Below are positions 28,361 through 38,785 of a stretch of 64,000 nucleotides of DNA, in pieces. The stretch is from Treponemataceae bacterium (GTDB taxonomy: Bacteria > Spirochaetota > Spirochaetia > Treponematales > Rectinemataceae): the NCBI GenBank assembly GCA_963678065.2, contig CAXXVZ010000004.1, positions 288,001-352,000 of the forward strand, in the 5' to 3' direction. The translations under genes and the position numbers were made by a program. Below the pieces are notes generated by a model, which saw only the letters and a program-made list of their open reading frames with translations, was not told where the DNA came from and ran no database searches. Every line of letters starts with the position of its first letter. Positions within the stretch are counted from its first letter, which is position 1.

Positions 28361-28789
28361 ATGGACAATACAGCCGAACAGTTCTGGAAAAACTTCGAGA
28401 TGGAGACAGGCGAGAAGCTCGATGTGGCTTCCATGGGGCAGCTTTTCGAACCGGGCGACACGCGGGGCGAGTGGGGTCTCATCTTCCTGACGGACATGAC
28501 GCTGCGTTACCGGCACATGCCCTCCCAGAACTCCATACTCTCGCTCTTCAGCATGCGTCCAACTCCTTCGTCGACGAGCAAAGAGGTCGACCTCGTCTTT
28601 CCCTACGCCTCGATCATCTCGATCGAAACACCCCAAAGGACCTGGAAGGACAAGCTGTTCGGCTCTCCCTTCCAGCGCTTCACCGTCACCGTGACGACAG
28701 CCGGGGGAACGGAACGGAAGCTCACATTGAGCAGCGATCCCTCCCACAAGCTGGCCGAAAAACTCCGCGGACATTGCGGAAAATCCTGA
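28361..28789 (+). CDS. Hypothetical protein
   Basis: Fills the gap between LacI and fucU, has RBS aaggag and normal composition; possibly PH-like. Confidence 0.6.
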   Translation: MDNTAEQFWKNFEMETGEKLDVASMGQLFEPGDTRGEWGLIFLTDMTLRYRHMPSQNSILSLFSMRPTPSSTSKEVDLVFPYASIISIETPQRTWKDKLFGSPFQRFTVTVTTAGGTERKLTLSSDPSHKLAEKLRGHCGKS

Positions 28790-28865
28790 GCCAGGGCCGA
28801 AATACGGCTTCCTCTGTTGCCCGGTTATGACCGGGCTTCGTCCGCGCGGCCTCTGCCCCCGCCCT

Positions 28866-29309
28866 CTAGCGGTTTTTCGCCACAGGAATCACACCCTTTT
28901 TCAGGATGATGTTTCCGTATTTGACTGTCTCGCCCGTCATGACGACAGCGAAGGCCGCTTTCGTCCTCTCGTAGAAGGCGAAGCGCTCCAGCCGGGCGAT
29001 GGCCGGCGCCTCGGGCCAGTGCCTGTCTATCGCGGCGCGGTAGGCTCTCTCGACGTCAGGATCGAGCCCGTCTCCGGGAACGGGCGCCATCATCACGAGG
29101 GGAGCGTCGGAGTAGGAATCCGGATTCATGAGGGCGAAGATACCGTCGAGAAGCTCGGGGATCCGGATGCCGTCGGCCCTTATGACGCGGGCGTTGCAGC
29201 TGTCTCCGGGAAAAAACGCGTCGGCGAGGACTATCTCGTCGCCGTGGCCCATCCGGGCGAGCACCGAGAGAAGTTCAGGGGAAATGCAGGGCGCTATTCC
29301 GATCAGCAT
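28866..29309 (-). CDS. fucU: L-fucose mutarotase (RbsD/FucU family)
   Basis: [54 protein letters not shown] aaggag. Confidence 0.9.
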   Translation of the reverse strand: MLIGIAPCISPELLSVLARMGHGDEIVLADAFFPGDSCNARVIRADGIRIPELLDGIFALMNPDSYSDAPLVMMAPVPGDGLDPDVERAYRAAIDRHWPEAPAIARLERFAFYERTKAAFAVVMTGETVKYGNIILKKGVIPVAKNR

Positions 29310-29390
29310 CGACACTCTCCTTAGATCCGAAAGTGGTTTCACACCCCGCAACTGCTGCGAGGAGGATGAGATGACAGTCTCTCCGGGCAT

Positions 29391-29498
29391 ATTGTCCCTC
29401 CGTTCGGAAATTCTGTCAAGGAAAAAATGTAAACGATTACATGCTTTATTTTTTACCACATCGATAACAACATATGATCTATGTAAACGGTTTCACAT
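29391..29498. promoter_or_regulatory. fucU promoter (TTGACA-17-GACAAT) with two LacI/GalR-type operators
   Basis: atgtaaacgattacat (29427-29442, 14/16 palindromic) and atgtaaacggtttcacat (29481-29498) have the central-CG LacI-family pattern. Confidence 0.65.
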
Positions 29499-29642
29499 GA
29501 ATGACGCAGCGTGGAGCTCGCACCCAAAGGTATCCGGGGCCGCCTCGAGCGTGAGATAAGCCGACACGCGAGTGGCCTTTCATTCCGGCTTTTGGGCCTG
29601 AAAGTCATGGACGCCTTTTCAGGCCTCGGATATATTCTTTCC

Positions 29643-30584
29643 ATGTTCGAGAACAGCACAAGCGGCAAGACCTTCCTCTGTGTCTGCCTCAATCCGGTTA
29701 TCCAGAAAACTCTCGTATTCGACAGGCTCGAGCCGGGAGAGGTCAACAGGACCGCCTCCTACCGGGTCGATGCCGCGGGCAAGGGCATCTGCCCGACCCG
29801 CGCGCTCACTCAGCTGGGCGAAAAAGCCATCCATCTGACCCAGCTCGGCGGCCCCACGCGGGACTGGTTCCTGTCGATGTGCGAGGCCGACGGTCTCACA
29901 GTCGAGCACGTCGAGTCGGGCTCGCCGATACGCTTCTGTACGACCCTCATAGAGCGGAAATCGAAAGAAGCTACGGAGCTCGTCGAGGAGGCGATTCCGG
30001 TAGCGGAGGGCACGGCGGAGCTGGTCCTCGAACGCTTCGAAGCGCTGATGCCGCAGGTCGACGCGGTCATGCTCTCGGGGACAGTGGCCGCGGGAATAGC
30101 CCCGGGCACGATGGGCCGGCTCGCCGCCCTCGCCCGCGCTTCCGGGAAACACCTCTACCTCGACATAAAAGGGAAGGACCTCCACGACTGCCTCCAATAC
30201 GGACCTTCCTGCGTGAAGCCGAACCTCGAGGAGCTGGCAGGGACCATGGGAATCTCCTACGCCGCGGTCAGGGGGGAGGATGAGGCCCGCAAACTCGTCG
30301 AGGAGGCGGGCAGAATCTTCCACGAACGCTACGGCACGCTCCTCGTCGTCACGCGCGGAGGAAAGTCCACCCTCTTCTGGGACGGATCGAAGCTCGGCGA
30401 ACGCGATGTCGATCCCGTCGACGTCGTCAATCCCATCGGCTCGGGCGATGCCTTCGGGGCGGGACTCGCACGCATGCTGGAAAGCGGTGCCAGTCTCGCG
30501 GAGGCGGTGGCAGAAGGAACGCGGCTCGGAGGCCTCAACGCCGCCCAGCTCAAACCCGGCTCGATACTGCCGGAAAGGACGTAA
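29643..30584 (+). CDS. PfkB-family kinase (1-phosphofructokinase/tagatose-6-phosphate kinase-like)
   Basis: VCLNPVIQK, AAGKG, VKPNLEEL, NPIGSGDAFGAG. Confidence 0.85.
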   Translation: MFENSTSGKTFLCVCLNPVIQKTLVFDRLEPGEVNRTASYRVDAAGKGICPTRALTQLGEKAIHLTQLGGPTRDWFLSMCEADGLTVEHVESGSPIRFCTTLIERKSKEATELVEEAIPVAEGTAELVLERFEALMPQVDAVMLSGTVAAGIAPGTMGRLAALARASGKHLYLDIKGKDLHDCLQYGPSCVKPNLEELAGTMGISYAAVRGEDEARKLVEEAGRIFHERYGTLLVVTRGGKSTLFWDGSKLGERDVDPVDVVNPIGSGDAFGAGLARMLESGASLAEAVAEGTRLGGLNAAQLKPGSILPERT

Positions 30585-30588
30585 GGAC

Positions 30589-31374
30589 ATGGACGCGAAT
30601 CTCGACCTCATCAGGAGCAAGAGCGCCTTCATCATCGACATGGACGGCGTCATCTACCACGGGAACAGGCTCCTGCGCGGAGCATCCGAACTCGTGGCCT
30701 GGCTGCGCGCGGCGGGCAAGCGCTTCCTCTTCCTGACCAACTCGAGCGAGCGTTCGCCCGCGGAACTTTCGCAGAAACTCGCCCGTCTCGGCATCGAGGT
30801 CGAGCCTGAGCACTTCTACACGAGCGCTCTCGCGACGGCCGGCTTCCTCGCGAGCCAGCGACCCGGCGGTTCCGCCTACGTCATCGGCGAGCCGGGTCTC
30901 ATCAACGCGATGTACGAAGCCGGCTACACCATGAACAACGTGAATCCAGATTATGTCGTCGTGGGTGAGGCGAGATCGTACAGCCTCGACACGGTCGAAA
31001 AAGCCGTGAAGCTCGTCCTTGCGGGAGCGCGTCTCATCGGGACCAACCCCGACCTCACGGGGCCCGCGGAGGGAGGACTCGTCCCCGCCTGCGGCGCCCT
31101 CGTCTCGCCGATAGAGCTCGCCACCGGACGCAAGGCCTACTTCATCGGCAAACCCAACCCCCTCATGATGCGCCAGGCACTGAAGCGACTCGGAGCGACC
31201 CGCGAGGAGACGGCGATCATCGGCGATCGCATGGACACGGACATGATCGCCGGAATCGAGACCGATATCGAAACCGTGCTCGTTCTCTCAGGCGTAACGG
31301 GCCGCGACGATATAGGCCGCTTCGCCTACGCGCCGAAGCACATCCTCGAAGGAGTTTTCGAGATTCCGGACTGA
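30589..31374 (+). CDS. HAD-IIA hydrolase, NagD-like
   Basis: DMDGVIY, LTNSS, GTNPD, IGKPNP, IGDRMDTD. Confidence 0.9.
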   Translation: MDANLDLIRSKSAFIIDMDGVIYHGNRLLRGASELVAWLRAAGKRFLFLTNSSERSPAELSQKLARLGIEVEPEHFYTSALATAGFLASQRPGGSAYVIGEPGLINAMYEAGYTMNNVNPDYVVVGEARSYSLDTVEKAVKLVLAGARLIGTNPDLTGPAEGGLVPACGALVSPIELATGRKAYFIGKPNPLMMRQALKRLGATREETAIIGDRMDTDMIAGIETDIETVLVLSGVTGRDDIGRFAYAPKHILEGVFEIPD

Positions 31375-31517
31375 TTCGCAGGCGGGTCCATACCCAGCAA
31401 GCTCTGCTTCGCTCTTTCTTGTGAAGTGACTATCGGGTATGGACCCGCATACAATCCATTCCTTACAGAACGAACGATACCTCGGAGCTCTGCTCCGGGG
31501 TTCGTTCATTTCCGGTT

Positions 31518-32714
31518 TCAACCTATCCCGGAGAATGCCGCCTTGGTGGCCGCTATCATCTCACCGCGATGGCGGTCCATCGACGCGATGAGGGCCATCT
31601 GGGTCCTGGAACGGTCAAGATTGTGTCCGGGGCGGGAGATGTGGTAGTAGGTATCCCCCTCGAGATAGTCGGTGAGGAAGCGTATCCCCATGAGCATCGT
31701 GAGTATGCGTCCGCCTGCCGGAAGCAGCTCCCGCTCCATGGGGGTGAGAAAGCTCCCCCTGCCTCTGCCGCGGTCTGTCCCCGCTGCGTAGCCGCGGGCT
31801 ATGGCCTCGTACATGGGAAGAACGAACTCCATGCGCGAGCTGTCCGGGTCGTCCTCGGCCGTCGAGGCGGCGACGGTGCGGGCCAGATCTCCGAAGTCGT
31901 AGGCCGAGCTGCCCGGCATCACCGTGTCCAGGTCGATGAGGCAGATCGCCTCGTCGGTGGTCTCGTCCAGGAGCAGATTGTTCACCTTGGTGTCGTTGTG
32001 CGTCGTGCGCTCGGGCACCTCGCCCGACTCGAGCGCCGCCACGATGCGGTCGAAGCCATCACGGTTCGCGAGGTAGAAATCGATCTCGCGCCGCGCAGAG
32101 GCGGCCCTCCCGAGGGAATCCGCGGCGATGGCGCGCTCGAATGCGGCGAAGCGACGGCGCGCGTCGTGGAAGCCGGGAATCGTCTCGGCGAGGCGCGGGC
32201 CGGGGAGATCGGAGAGCAGGTTCTGGAAACGGCCAACCGCCTCGCCGAGAGCGGTGGCTCGGCGGGGGCTGTCGATCACTTCACAGGTGCGGACACCCTC
32301 GATGAAGACGAAAGCGCGCCAGAACCCGCCCTCGGAGTCGATCAGGTAGGGATTCCCGTCGCGGGCGCGCAGCACGGAGAGCACCCGGCGCGAAAGATCC
32401 GCCACACCCTCGGATGCAAGACGGCGGCGCAGGTGTTCGGTCACCCTGACCATGTTGTCCATGAGGCCGAAGGGCTCGCGGAAGGCGAAGGTGTTGAGGA
32501 GCTGGATGAGATAGCGCAGCCGCTTCCCGCCCTGGTCCATCGAAAAGACGTAGGTCCTGTTGATGTGTCCCGATCCGTAGGGCTCGATGCCCGCAAAATC
32601 CCCGGGCAGATCGAAGCCGGAAGCGGCCGCGCGGGCGCGGGCGACGAGGGCGGGATCACTGGCGTCGCAAGGAGGCGGAGCATCTGTCTTGGGAGAATAG
32701 CGGTTTTCATTCAT
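31518..32714 (-). CDS. APH-family phosphotransferase, N-acetylhexosamine 1-kinase-like
   Basis: GSGHINRT, ETIPGFHD, THNDTKVNN, IDLDTVMPG, DFGD, RFLTDYLEGDTY. Confidence 0.8.
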   Translation of the reverse strand: MNENRYSPKTDAPPPCDASDPALVARARAAASGFDLPGDFAGIEPYGSGHINRTYVFSMDQGGKRLRYLIQLLNTFAFREPFGLMDNMVRVTEHLRRRLASEGVADLSRRVLSVLRARDGNPYLIDSEGGFWRAFVFIEGVRTCEVIDSPRRATALGEAVGRFQNLLSDLPGPRLAETIPGFHDARRRFAAFERAIAADSLGRAASARREIDFYLANRDGFDRIVAALESGEVPERTTHNDTKVNNLLLDETTDEAICLIDLDTVMPGSSAYDFGDLARTVAASTAEDDPDSSRMEFVLPMYEAIARGYAAGTDRGRGRGSFLTPMERELLPAGGRILTMLMGIRFLTDYLEGDTYYHISRPGHNLDRSRTQMALIASMDRHRGEMIAATKAAFSGIG

Positions 32715-32836
32715 GACAACTCGAGAATGGAGGAAACGCGCTGCTCGCGCAAGACGCCTTCGGTTGGTTTTCTGATTGAGGCAACACGTACTCATCCGGG
32801 CTCATACCCAGCCCCGGCGCTGAGAACCCATCTTTC

Positions 32837-33889
32837 TCAGGACCAGCGGAACGCATATCGCTCCATGGCGTCCATGACAGCCGCCACGTTCTCAGGCGGA
32901 AGTCCGGGATAGAGCCCGAAGATCATCATGAGGCCGCCTTCGCGGCTGCCCAGCTTCTCCATTTCTTCCCGGACAAGTTCGTCGATCCGGGCGGGACTGC
33001 CGGAAGCAGTCACGGACTGGCGGTCGATGTCGAGCTCGATACAGGTCTTCCCGGCGAAGCGCGCGGCGATCCAGTCCAGACCGTTCACGAGATCCTGAAG
33101 GTTGAATACGTCCACTCCGCCCGCGATGATATCATCGACGAGTTCCCGGATGCAGCCGTCGGAGTGCATGTGGATGATGGCCCCATGGCGCCGTGCGGGC
33201 TCCATCAGTTTTTCGTAGCTTGGCCGGATGAACTCGCGGAAATACCGGGGAGAAATCATGGGACCTGTCTGCATTCCGAGATCTTCCGGATAGGCGACGA
33301 TCTCGGCTCCCGCGTCGAGATAACGGCGCACTATACCGAGGTTGAAATCTTCCACCATCCGGATCAGCGCCCGGAGTCGCGGCTCATCGTCGGCCATGTC
33401 GAATATGATGTTTTCATAACCCCGTATATCGCAGAGTTGGAGGAAGCTGTGACCGTGGCGCAGGCTCCCGATGGCGGGCAAGCCAGTCACCCTCGCCCTC
33501 GCGAGAGCTTCCGCCTCCGCCTCCCAATCTATCGGGCCGATGCCGGAACAGAGCTCCGGGTCGGGAGGAGCGTAGCCGTCGAAGGCTGCCCAGTCCGCGA
33601 GCGGATGCTCCGTGACGATGCCGGTGATCCCGTCCTGGGCGGTCCTCCAGAGGCAGCCCCAGTCGTCGAGGAAGGGCTCGTCCCTGCGCGCCACGTGCGA
33701 ATAGGCGGGCAGATACTCTCCGGCGGGCCTCGAAAATCCCGGAAAAAGGAAAGGATGAGACTCCATCAGGGCGAACAGAAAGTCTTGCGGATACGAGCGC
33801 CACGAGGCATCGTTGATGTGGAAGGTCATCGGGATATAATCCGGTCGCTCGAACCTGACGGCCCTGAGGTAGTTCTCCCTGCGGTCCAC
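32837..33889 (-). CDS. URO-D/MtaA-like fold protein
   Basis: DDWGCLW, IRGYEN, PEDLGMQTGPMISP, HMHSDG, IDRQ, PPENVAA; GTG start. Confidence 0.8.
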   Translation of the reverse strand: MDRRENYLRAVRFERPDYIPMTFHINDASWRSYPQDFLFALMESHPFLFPGFSRPAGEYLPAYSHVARRDEPFLDDWGCLWRTAQDGITGIVTEHPLADWAAFDGYAPPDPELCSGIGPIDWEAEAEALARARVTGLPAIGSLRHGHSFLQLCDIRGYENIIFDMADDEPRLRALIRMVEDFNLGIVRRYLDAGAEIVAYPEDLGMQTGPMISPRYFREFIRPSYEKLMEPARRHGAIIHMHSDGCIRELVDDIIAGGVDVFNLQDLVNGLDWIAARFAGKTCIELDIDRQSVTASGSPARIDELVREEMEKLGSREGGLMMIFGLYPGLPPENVAAVMDAMERYAFRWS

Positions 33890-33902
33890 GGGCTAAGCCC
33901 CC

Positions 33903-35153
33903 TTAAAGATTCCGGTACAGGAACCGGCCCCTGACGATCGTCGCGCGGACGCGGAAATCGGCGTCCATCAGGGCGAGGTCGGCCAGTTTGCCCACCGCGA
34001 TGGAGCCCGTCTCGTGGTCGATCCCCAGCGTCGTCGCGGGGTTGATGCCGCCCCAGCGGACGGCTTCCTCCGCGGGAATGCCGGCGAAATCCGCGAGACG
34101 CCTGAGCGCGACCTCCATCGTCACCGCGCTGCCGGTGAGATTGCCGTTCACCGCGGGATCATCGTCGATCATCCGGAGGACGCCGTCCCGAGGGTACACT
34201 TTGCGGCCGTCCTTGTAGGTGATGACAAAGCCTTCAGGCATGCCCGTTCCGACGAGCGAGTCGGTGACAATCACTTTTTTGTCGCGGGGCTTCACCTTGT
34301 CGATAAGACGGAAGAAGGGCTTGCGCACGTGCACGGGGCAGCCGATGAGTTCGATGCTCACCTCGTCGTGGAGGTAGAGCGAGGTCTCGTGGCCGGGCAG
34401 GAGGACGAGAGCCTCATCGGGGTCCTCCCGGTAGCCGAGATTGGTGTCGAACATGTGGGTGGCGTGGCGGGCCCCTGCGCGGATCGCCTCCTCCGCCTGC
34501 TCGTAGCTCGCCTCGGAGTGCCCGATAGAGGGGACAATGCCCGCGGCGGCCAGACGCTCGACCATCCTGACGCTCCCTGGCAGCTCCGGGGCGAAGGTTA
34601 CGGTTTTCACCGCGTCGCCGCACTCGCCGAGAAGGCGGTCCACGTCGTCGTCAGTCGGCGCCTTCAGGTAGCGAAGGGCGTGGCCGCCCCGGCAGCGGGC
34701 CGCGAGCCAGGGACCTTCCACGTGGACGCCGTGCAGCATCATCCCGCACTCGCCCTCTTCGCGGACCCGCCCCAGCAACTTCACCTGGGCGATGATGAGG
34801 TCGAAGGGATTCGCCAGTGTGGAGGCCACCACGCGCGTCACGCCGTGGGCGGCGTAGGCCCGCAGGCCCCGGAGCGTCGCCTCGCGGTCGCTCTCCATGA
34901 AGTCGACATCGAGGATCCCGTGGGTGTGCATGTCGATGAAGCCCGGAGACAGGATGAGCCCGGACGCGTCGATCGTCTCGCATTCCTCCGGAGAGAAGGC
35001 TTGCCGCGGGAAATTGCCCGGCGCCGCGCCTTCCGGGCCAGCGACAGTGCCCAGGGAGACGATGCGCTCGCCTTCGACGACGAGATATCCCGCCGGAATG
35101 ACGCCACTCTCCGCGAATATTCTGGCGCCGCGTATCAGAAGCCTCTTCGCCAC
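33903..35153 (-). CDS. nagA: N-acetylhexosamine-6-phosphate deacetylase (NagA family)
   Basis: PGFIDMHTHG, HVEGPW, TFAPE, GHS, THMF, VTDS, LTGSA, NPA; GTG start after ggggagga (ATG 35168 is an alternative). Confidence 0.85.
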   Translation of the reverse strand: MAKRLLIRGARIFAESGVIPAGYLVVEGERIVSLGTVAGPEGAAPGNFPRQAFSPEECETIDASGLILSPGFIDMHTHGILDVDFMESDREATLRGLRAYAAHGVTRVVASTLANPFDLIIAQVKLLGRVREEGECGMMLHGVHVEGPWLAARCRGGHALRYLKAPTDDDVDRLLGECGDAVKTVTFAPELPGSVRMVERLAAAGIVPSIGHSEASYEQAEEAIRAGARHATHMFDTNLGYREDPDEALVLLPGHETSLYLHDEVSIELIGCPVHVRKPFFRLIDKVKPRDKKVIVTDSLVGTGMPEGFVITYKDGRKVYPRDGVLRMIDDDPAVNGNLTGSAVTMEVALRRLADFAGIPAEEAVRWGGINPATTLGIDHETGSIAVGKLADLALMDADFRVRATIVRGRFLYRNL

Positions 35154-35209
35154 GATTTCCTCCCCCATCGATCGCGGCGGGACGGTGTCGCCGCCCCGCC
35201 TGATTCCCT

Positions 35210-36172
35210 CTAGTTCACGTCCGGCTCGAGCGGGCCGGCCAGGGGCTTGATGAAGAAGAGCCTGCCCGGCAGCTGCGGCATCACCGAGGAGGGAATCCAC
35301 ATATCCGGCCCGTACTTCAGCGTGACCCAGAGCGTCATACCCTGATAGATCATGTTGCGCACGGGAAGGAATCCGTCCACGCCGCCGATCGTGTAGTCGG
35401 CCTGCATGAAGATGCCCGGGCCTATCGTGTTCGCCCGCGCGGGGACGAGGGTTATCCTGCTCTTGAAGCTCGTGATCGAGTTCTGGATTATCGTCATCGG
35501 GTGGAGTTTCGCGCCGACCCGGTGGGTGGCCTTCATCCACTCGTCCATGTTCGCGTAGTCCGCCGCGAAGTGCGGTTCCCAGAACGCCACGTGGAAAACC
35601 CAGCCGATACCCCAGACGAGGACGAACTTCGCCCCGGCCGCGCGCAATTCGCCGATTCTACCCGCGTATTGCGGCAATTCGTCGCGGGTCGCGAAGTGGC
35701 GCTGCGACTTCGGCACGGTGAGCGCGCCAAGGGGGCCATAGAACGCGGTCTCCATGGCGTTGCGGAAGGCTCCGGGGTTGGAAGCCGGAAGCGTATTCCC
35801 TTCCGAATCGCTCCACTCGTCCATATTGAAGCCATGCACATGGGAGCAGTCGACGTTCCAGCGCTTCAGGAACTCGACGGCCCAGCGGTACATGCCCATG
35901 GGGCCGACCGACCATATCATGATGAGCTGCCGCCCCTCGTCTTTCGCGAGCTTGATCTGGTAGGCGATCTCGTGCCCCATGACCGTGTTGAAATCTTCCA
36001 GACTATCGCTGCAGACTGGAGCGAAATCCTTGTGCCACCAGCTCTCGCGCTCGTAGACCTCTTCGGGCTTCCGGCTGCAGCACCAGTCGATTTTCGCGAG
36101 ATCCCAGGCCGCTGGGTAGAATCCCTCGAAAGCGGAGCCTCCGATGGTATTCAGAAGATCGATCCGTTCCAT
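35210..36172 (-). CDS. Divergent glucosamine/galactosamine-6-phosphate isomerase (NagB-like)
   Basis: [28 protein letters not shown] (cf. GIGxxGHxAFNEP), ANTIGP. Confidence 0.7.
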   Translation of the reverse strand: MERIDLLNTIGGSAFEGFYPAAWDLAKIDWCCSRKPEEVYERESWWHKDFAPVCSDSLEDFNTVMGHEIAYQIKLAKDEGRQLIMIWSVGPMGMYRWAVEFLKRWNVDCSHVHGFNMDEWSDSEGNTLPASNPGAFRNAMETAFYGPLGALTVPKSQRHFATRDELPQYAGRIGELRAAGAKFVLVWGIGWVFHVAFWEPHFAADYANMDEWMKATHRVGAKLHPMTIIQNSITSFKSRITLVPARANTIGPGIFMQADYTIGGVDGFLPVRNMIYQGMTLWVTLKYGPDMWIPSSVMPQLPGRLFFIKPLAGPLEPDVN

Positions 36173-36183
36173 GTTTTTGCCTC

Positions 36184-37188
36184 CTATGACCGCTCGCCGG
36201 TGAACTGCCCGATCGTGACGGCGGCTATGATGATGACGCCGAGCACGACCTGGCGCATGTATGGGTTGACGTTCATGATGATGAGCGCGTTGCCGATCAG
36301 ACCGATGAGAACGACGCCCAGGAAGATATTGAGCGCGGTGCCCTTGCCGCCCGACAGGGCCACGCCGCCCACGATGACCGCGGCCAGCGAATCCAGCGCG
36401 TAGGAATCGCCGGTGGTGGCGAGGGCGGAACCCACCCTCGAGATGAGGATTATCGCGGCGAGGGCGTTGCAGAGCCCGACCACGATGTAGGCCTGTATCG
36501 TGACCCTGTCGGTCTTGATGCCCGAAACGTAGGCCGCCTTCTTGTTGCCGCCGATGGCGTACAGGAAGCGTCCGTACTTCAGGTAGCGGAGCACGACATA
36601 GGCGATGACGATCATGCCGAGAAAGAAGAGGATGGCCACCGGCAGGACTCCCATGATCCTGCCCCGCCCGAGAAGTTCGAACTTTCCGAAAAGCATGTAG
36701 GATGCCCCGCCCGAGAGAAGAAGCGCGGCCCCGGAATAGACTACCTGAAAGCCCAGCGTGATGATGAAGGACGAGGCCTTCGATTTGACGACGATGATGC
36801 CGTTCAGAAGACCGAGAAGGAAGCCCACCACGAAGGTGCCCAGCACGGCCGCGGGGATGGCCAGGGAAGCCTGCCACGCGGGAACATTCCCGTCAGGAAG
36901 CCCCATCATCTTCTGTATCACCATGGCCAGGAACACGCCCATGAAGGAGACCTGCGTTCCCACCGAGATGTCGACCTGGCCGGCGACGAGAAGCATCCCC
37001 ACCCCGGACGCGACGATGCCGAGGATCGATATCTGCTGGAAAATGTTGATGATGTTCTGGATGCGCAGGAACCTCGGATTCACGACGGCCGTCACCACGC
37101 AGATCGCGGCGATGATGACGATGAGGATGAGAGACTGTGTCAGCCTCGGAGCCCTCTTGACTGTCTGCTCTGCGGTAGTTGTGTTCAT
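36184..37188 (-). CDS. Sugar ABC transporter permease (RbsC-like)
   Basis: [45 protein letters not shown]. Confidence 0.92.
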   Translation of the reverse strand: MNTTTAEQTVKRAPRLTQSLILIVIIAAICVVTAVVNPRFLRIQNIINIFQQISILGIVASGVGMLLVAGQVDISVGTQVSFMGVFLAMVIQKMMGLPDGNVPAWQASLAIPAAVLGTFVVGFLLGLLNGIIVVKSKASSFIITLGFQVVYSGAALLLSGGASYMLFGKFELLGRGRIMGVLPVAILFFLGMIVIAYVVLRYLKYGRFLYAIGGNKKAAYVSGIKTDRVTIQAYIVVGLCNALAAIILISRVGSALATTGDSYALDSLAAVIVGGVALSGGKGTALNIFLGVVLIGLIGNALIIMNVNPYMRQVVLGVIIIAAVTIGQFTGERS

Positions 37189-38696
37189 GTTCGCTTGTCC
37201 TCTTCGTCGACGCCCATGGAGAGGCGAAGAATATTCTCCTCGGTCACTTTGTCGCCTTCGAGTATCGTAGTCAATTTTTTGTTGTTCATGATGCCCACCC
37301 GGTCGCAGACCGCGACGAGTTCCGGATTGTCGGAAGAAATCATGATGACGGCCTTGCCGCCGCGCGCCAGGGCGTCCATCATCCGGTAGATCTCCGCCTT
37401 CGCCCCCACATCGACGCCCACTGTCGGTTCGTCGAAAATGAGGACCTCCGAACCGGCGAAGAGCCATTTGGCCAGGACCACTTTCTGCTGGTTGCCCCCG
37501 CTCAGATTCACGACGAACTGCGCGATCGAGGGAGTCTTTATCTCGAGCTTCCGGGACAGATCGCCCGTCTCGGCGCGCTCCCTGGCCAGGTTCATGAAGG
37601 CGCCCGGATCCCTGGCGGTGCGCGCGAGGCTCACGTTCTCGAAAATCGGGCGGCCTAAAACCAGCCCGTCTCCCTTCCGGTCTTCCGTGAGATAGCCGAT
37701 GCCCTTGCGGATCGCGTCGTCGGGACTCCGGGGAGTGATGTCTTTTCCCTTGTAGATGAGCGCGCCTGAATCCTTCGGATCGAGGCCGAAGATCATCCTG
37801 GCCAGTTCCGTCCTGCCCGCCCCGACGAGGCCGCCAATGCCGAATATTTCGCCCGAGCGCACACTGAAGGAGACGTGGTCGACCACCCCCGAGCGCGAGA
37901 AATCCCGCACCTCGAGGACATCTCCGCCCTGAGCTGCCACGCGCTCGCGGCTGTACAGCGTGCTGCTCGACCGCCCTATCATCTGCCGCACGAGGGTGTT
38001 GAGATCGATCTCGCAGGCTGCGTGGGCGGCCACTTTCCTGCCGTCCTTGAACACCGTGACGCGGTTGCAGATTTCGAATATCTCGCTCAGGTTGTGGGAA
38101 ATGTAAATGACGCTCAGGCCCTTCGCCGTATTCCGTCTGATCATGTCGAAGAGGATATTCCTGCCCTTTTCGTCGAGCGAGGCGGTCGGCTCGTCGAGAA
38201 TCAGTATCCTCGCCTTGCGGGAGCAGGCCTTCGCGATGCTCACCAGCTTCTTCTCGATAAAACTGAGTTGCGAGAGTTTCCTGTCCGCGGAGATGGAGAT
38301 GCCGAGGCCTTCGAGGAGCGTTTGCGCCGCGTCTCTGCAGGCGCGGATGTCTATGAAGCCGAAACGGCTCGAAGGAAGATTGTAGAGGTAGAGATTCTCC
38401 GCCACTGTCAGCTCTTCCACGAGCTGATTCTCCTGGTGGACAGTCTGGATCCCGAGCTCGATCGAGCGGGCGGGATCGAGCCAGGAGTAGGATTGTCCTG
38501 CGACGATGATCGTGCCGGAATCCGGGCGCAGGGAGCCGGCTATCAGTTCGATGAAGGTCGACTTGCCCGCGCCGTTCTGGCCCACGAGGGCCTGAACCTC
38601 GCCCGCGGCGAGGTCGAAATTCACGGATTCGAGCGCCCGGACTCCCGGGTAGGTCTTGGTGAGCTCCACTGTCTCCAGAATCTTGTTGTCAGCCAA
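37185..38696 (-). CDS. Sugar ABC transporter ATP-binding protein (two ABC domains)
   Basis: GQNGAGKST, LDEPT, LSGGNQQKV; TTG start after ggaggagg. Confidence 0.93.
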   Translation of the reverse strand: MADNKILETVELTKTYPGVRALESVNFDLAAGEVQALVGQNGAGKSTFIELIAGSLRPDSGTIIVAGQSYSWLDPARSIELGIQTVHQENQLVEELTVAENLYLYNLPSSRFGFIDIRACRDAAQTLLEGLGISISADRKLSQLSFIEKKLVSIAKACSRKARILILDEPTASLDEKGRNILFDMIRRNTAKGLSVIYISHNLSEIFEICNRVTVFKDGRKVAAHAACEIDLNTLVRQMIGRSSSTLYSRERVAAQGGDVLEVRDFSRSGVVDHVSFSVRSGEIFGIGGLVGAGRTELARMIFGLDPKDSGALIYKGKDITPRSPDDAIRKGIGYLTEDRKGDGLVLGRPIFENVSLARTARDPGAFMNLARERAETGDLSRKLEIKTPSIAQFVVNLSGGNQQKVVLAKWLFAGSEVLIFDEPTVGVDVGAKAEIYRMMDALARGGKAVIMISSDNPELVAVCDRVGIMNNKKLTTILEGDKVTEENILRLSMGVDEEDKRT

Positions 38697-38726
38697 CCCG
38701 GAACCCTCCTCCCTTACGTACATCCG

Positions 38727-38764
38727 AAAAGCGGGGTCTCAAGAACGGATTCTCGAGACCCCGC
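38727..38764 (-). terminator. Stem-loop with T-tract between the binding-protein and ATPase genes
   Basis: gcggggtctc...gagaccccgc stem followed by tttt on the minus strand. Confidence 0.6.
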
Positions 38765-38785
38765 GGCGCGGCCGGTTCAGGTCGA

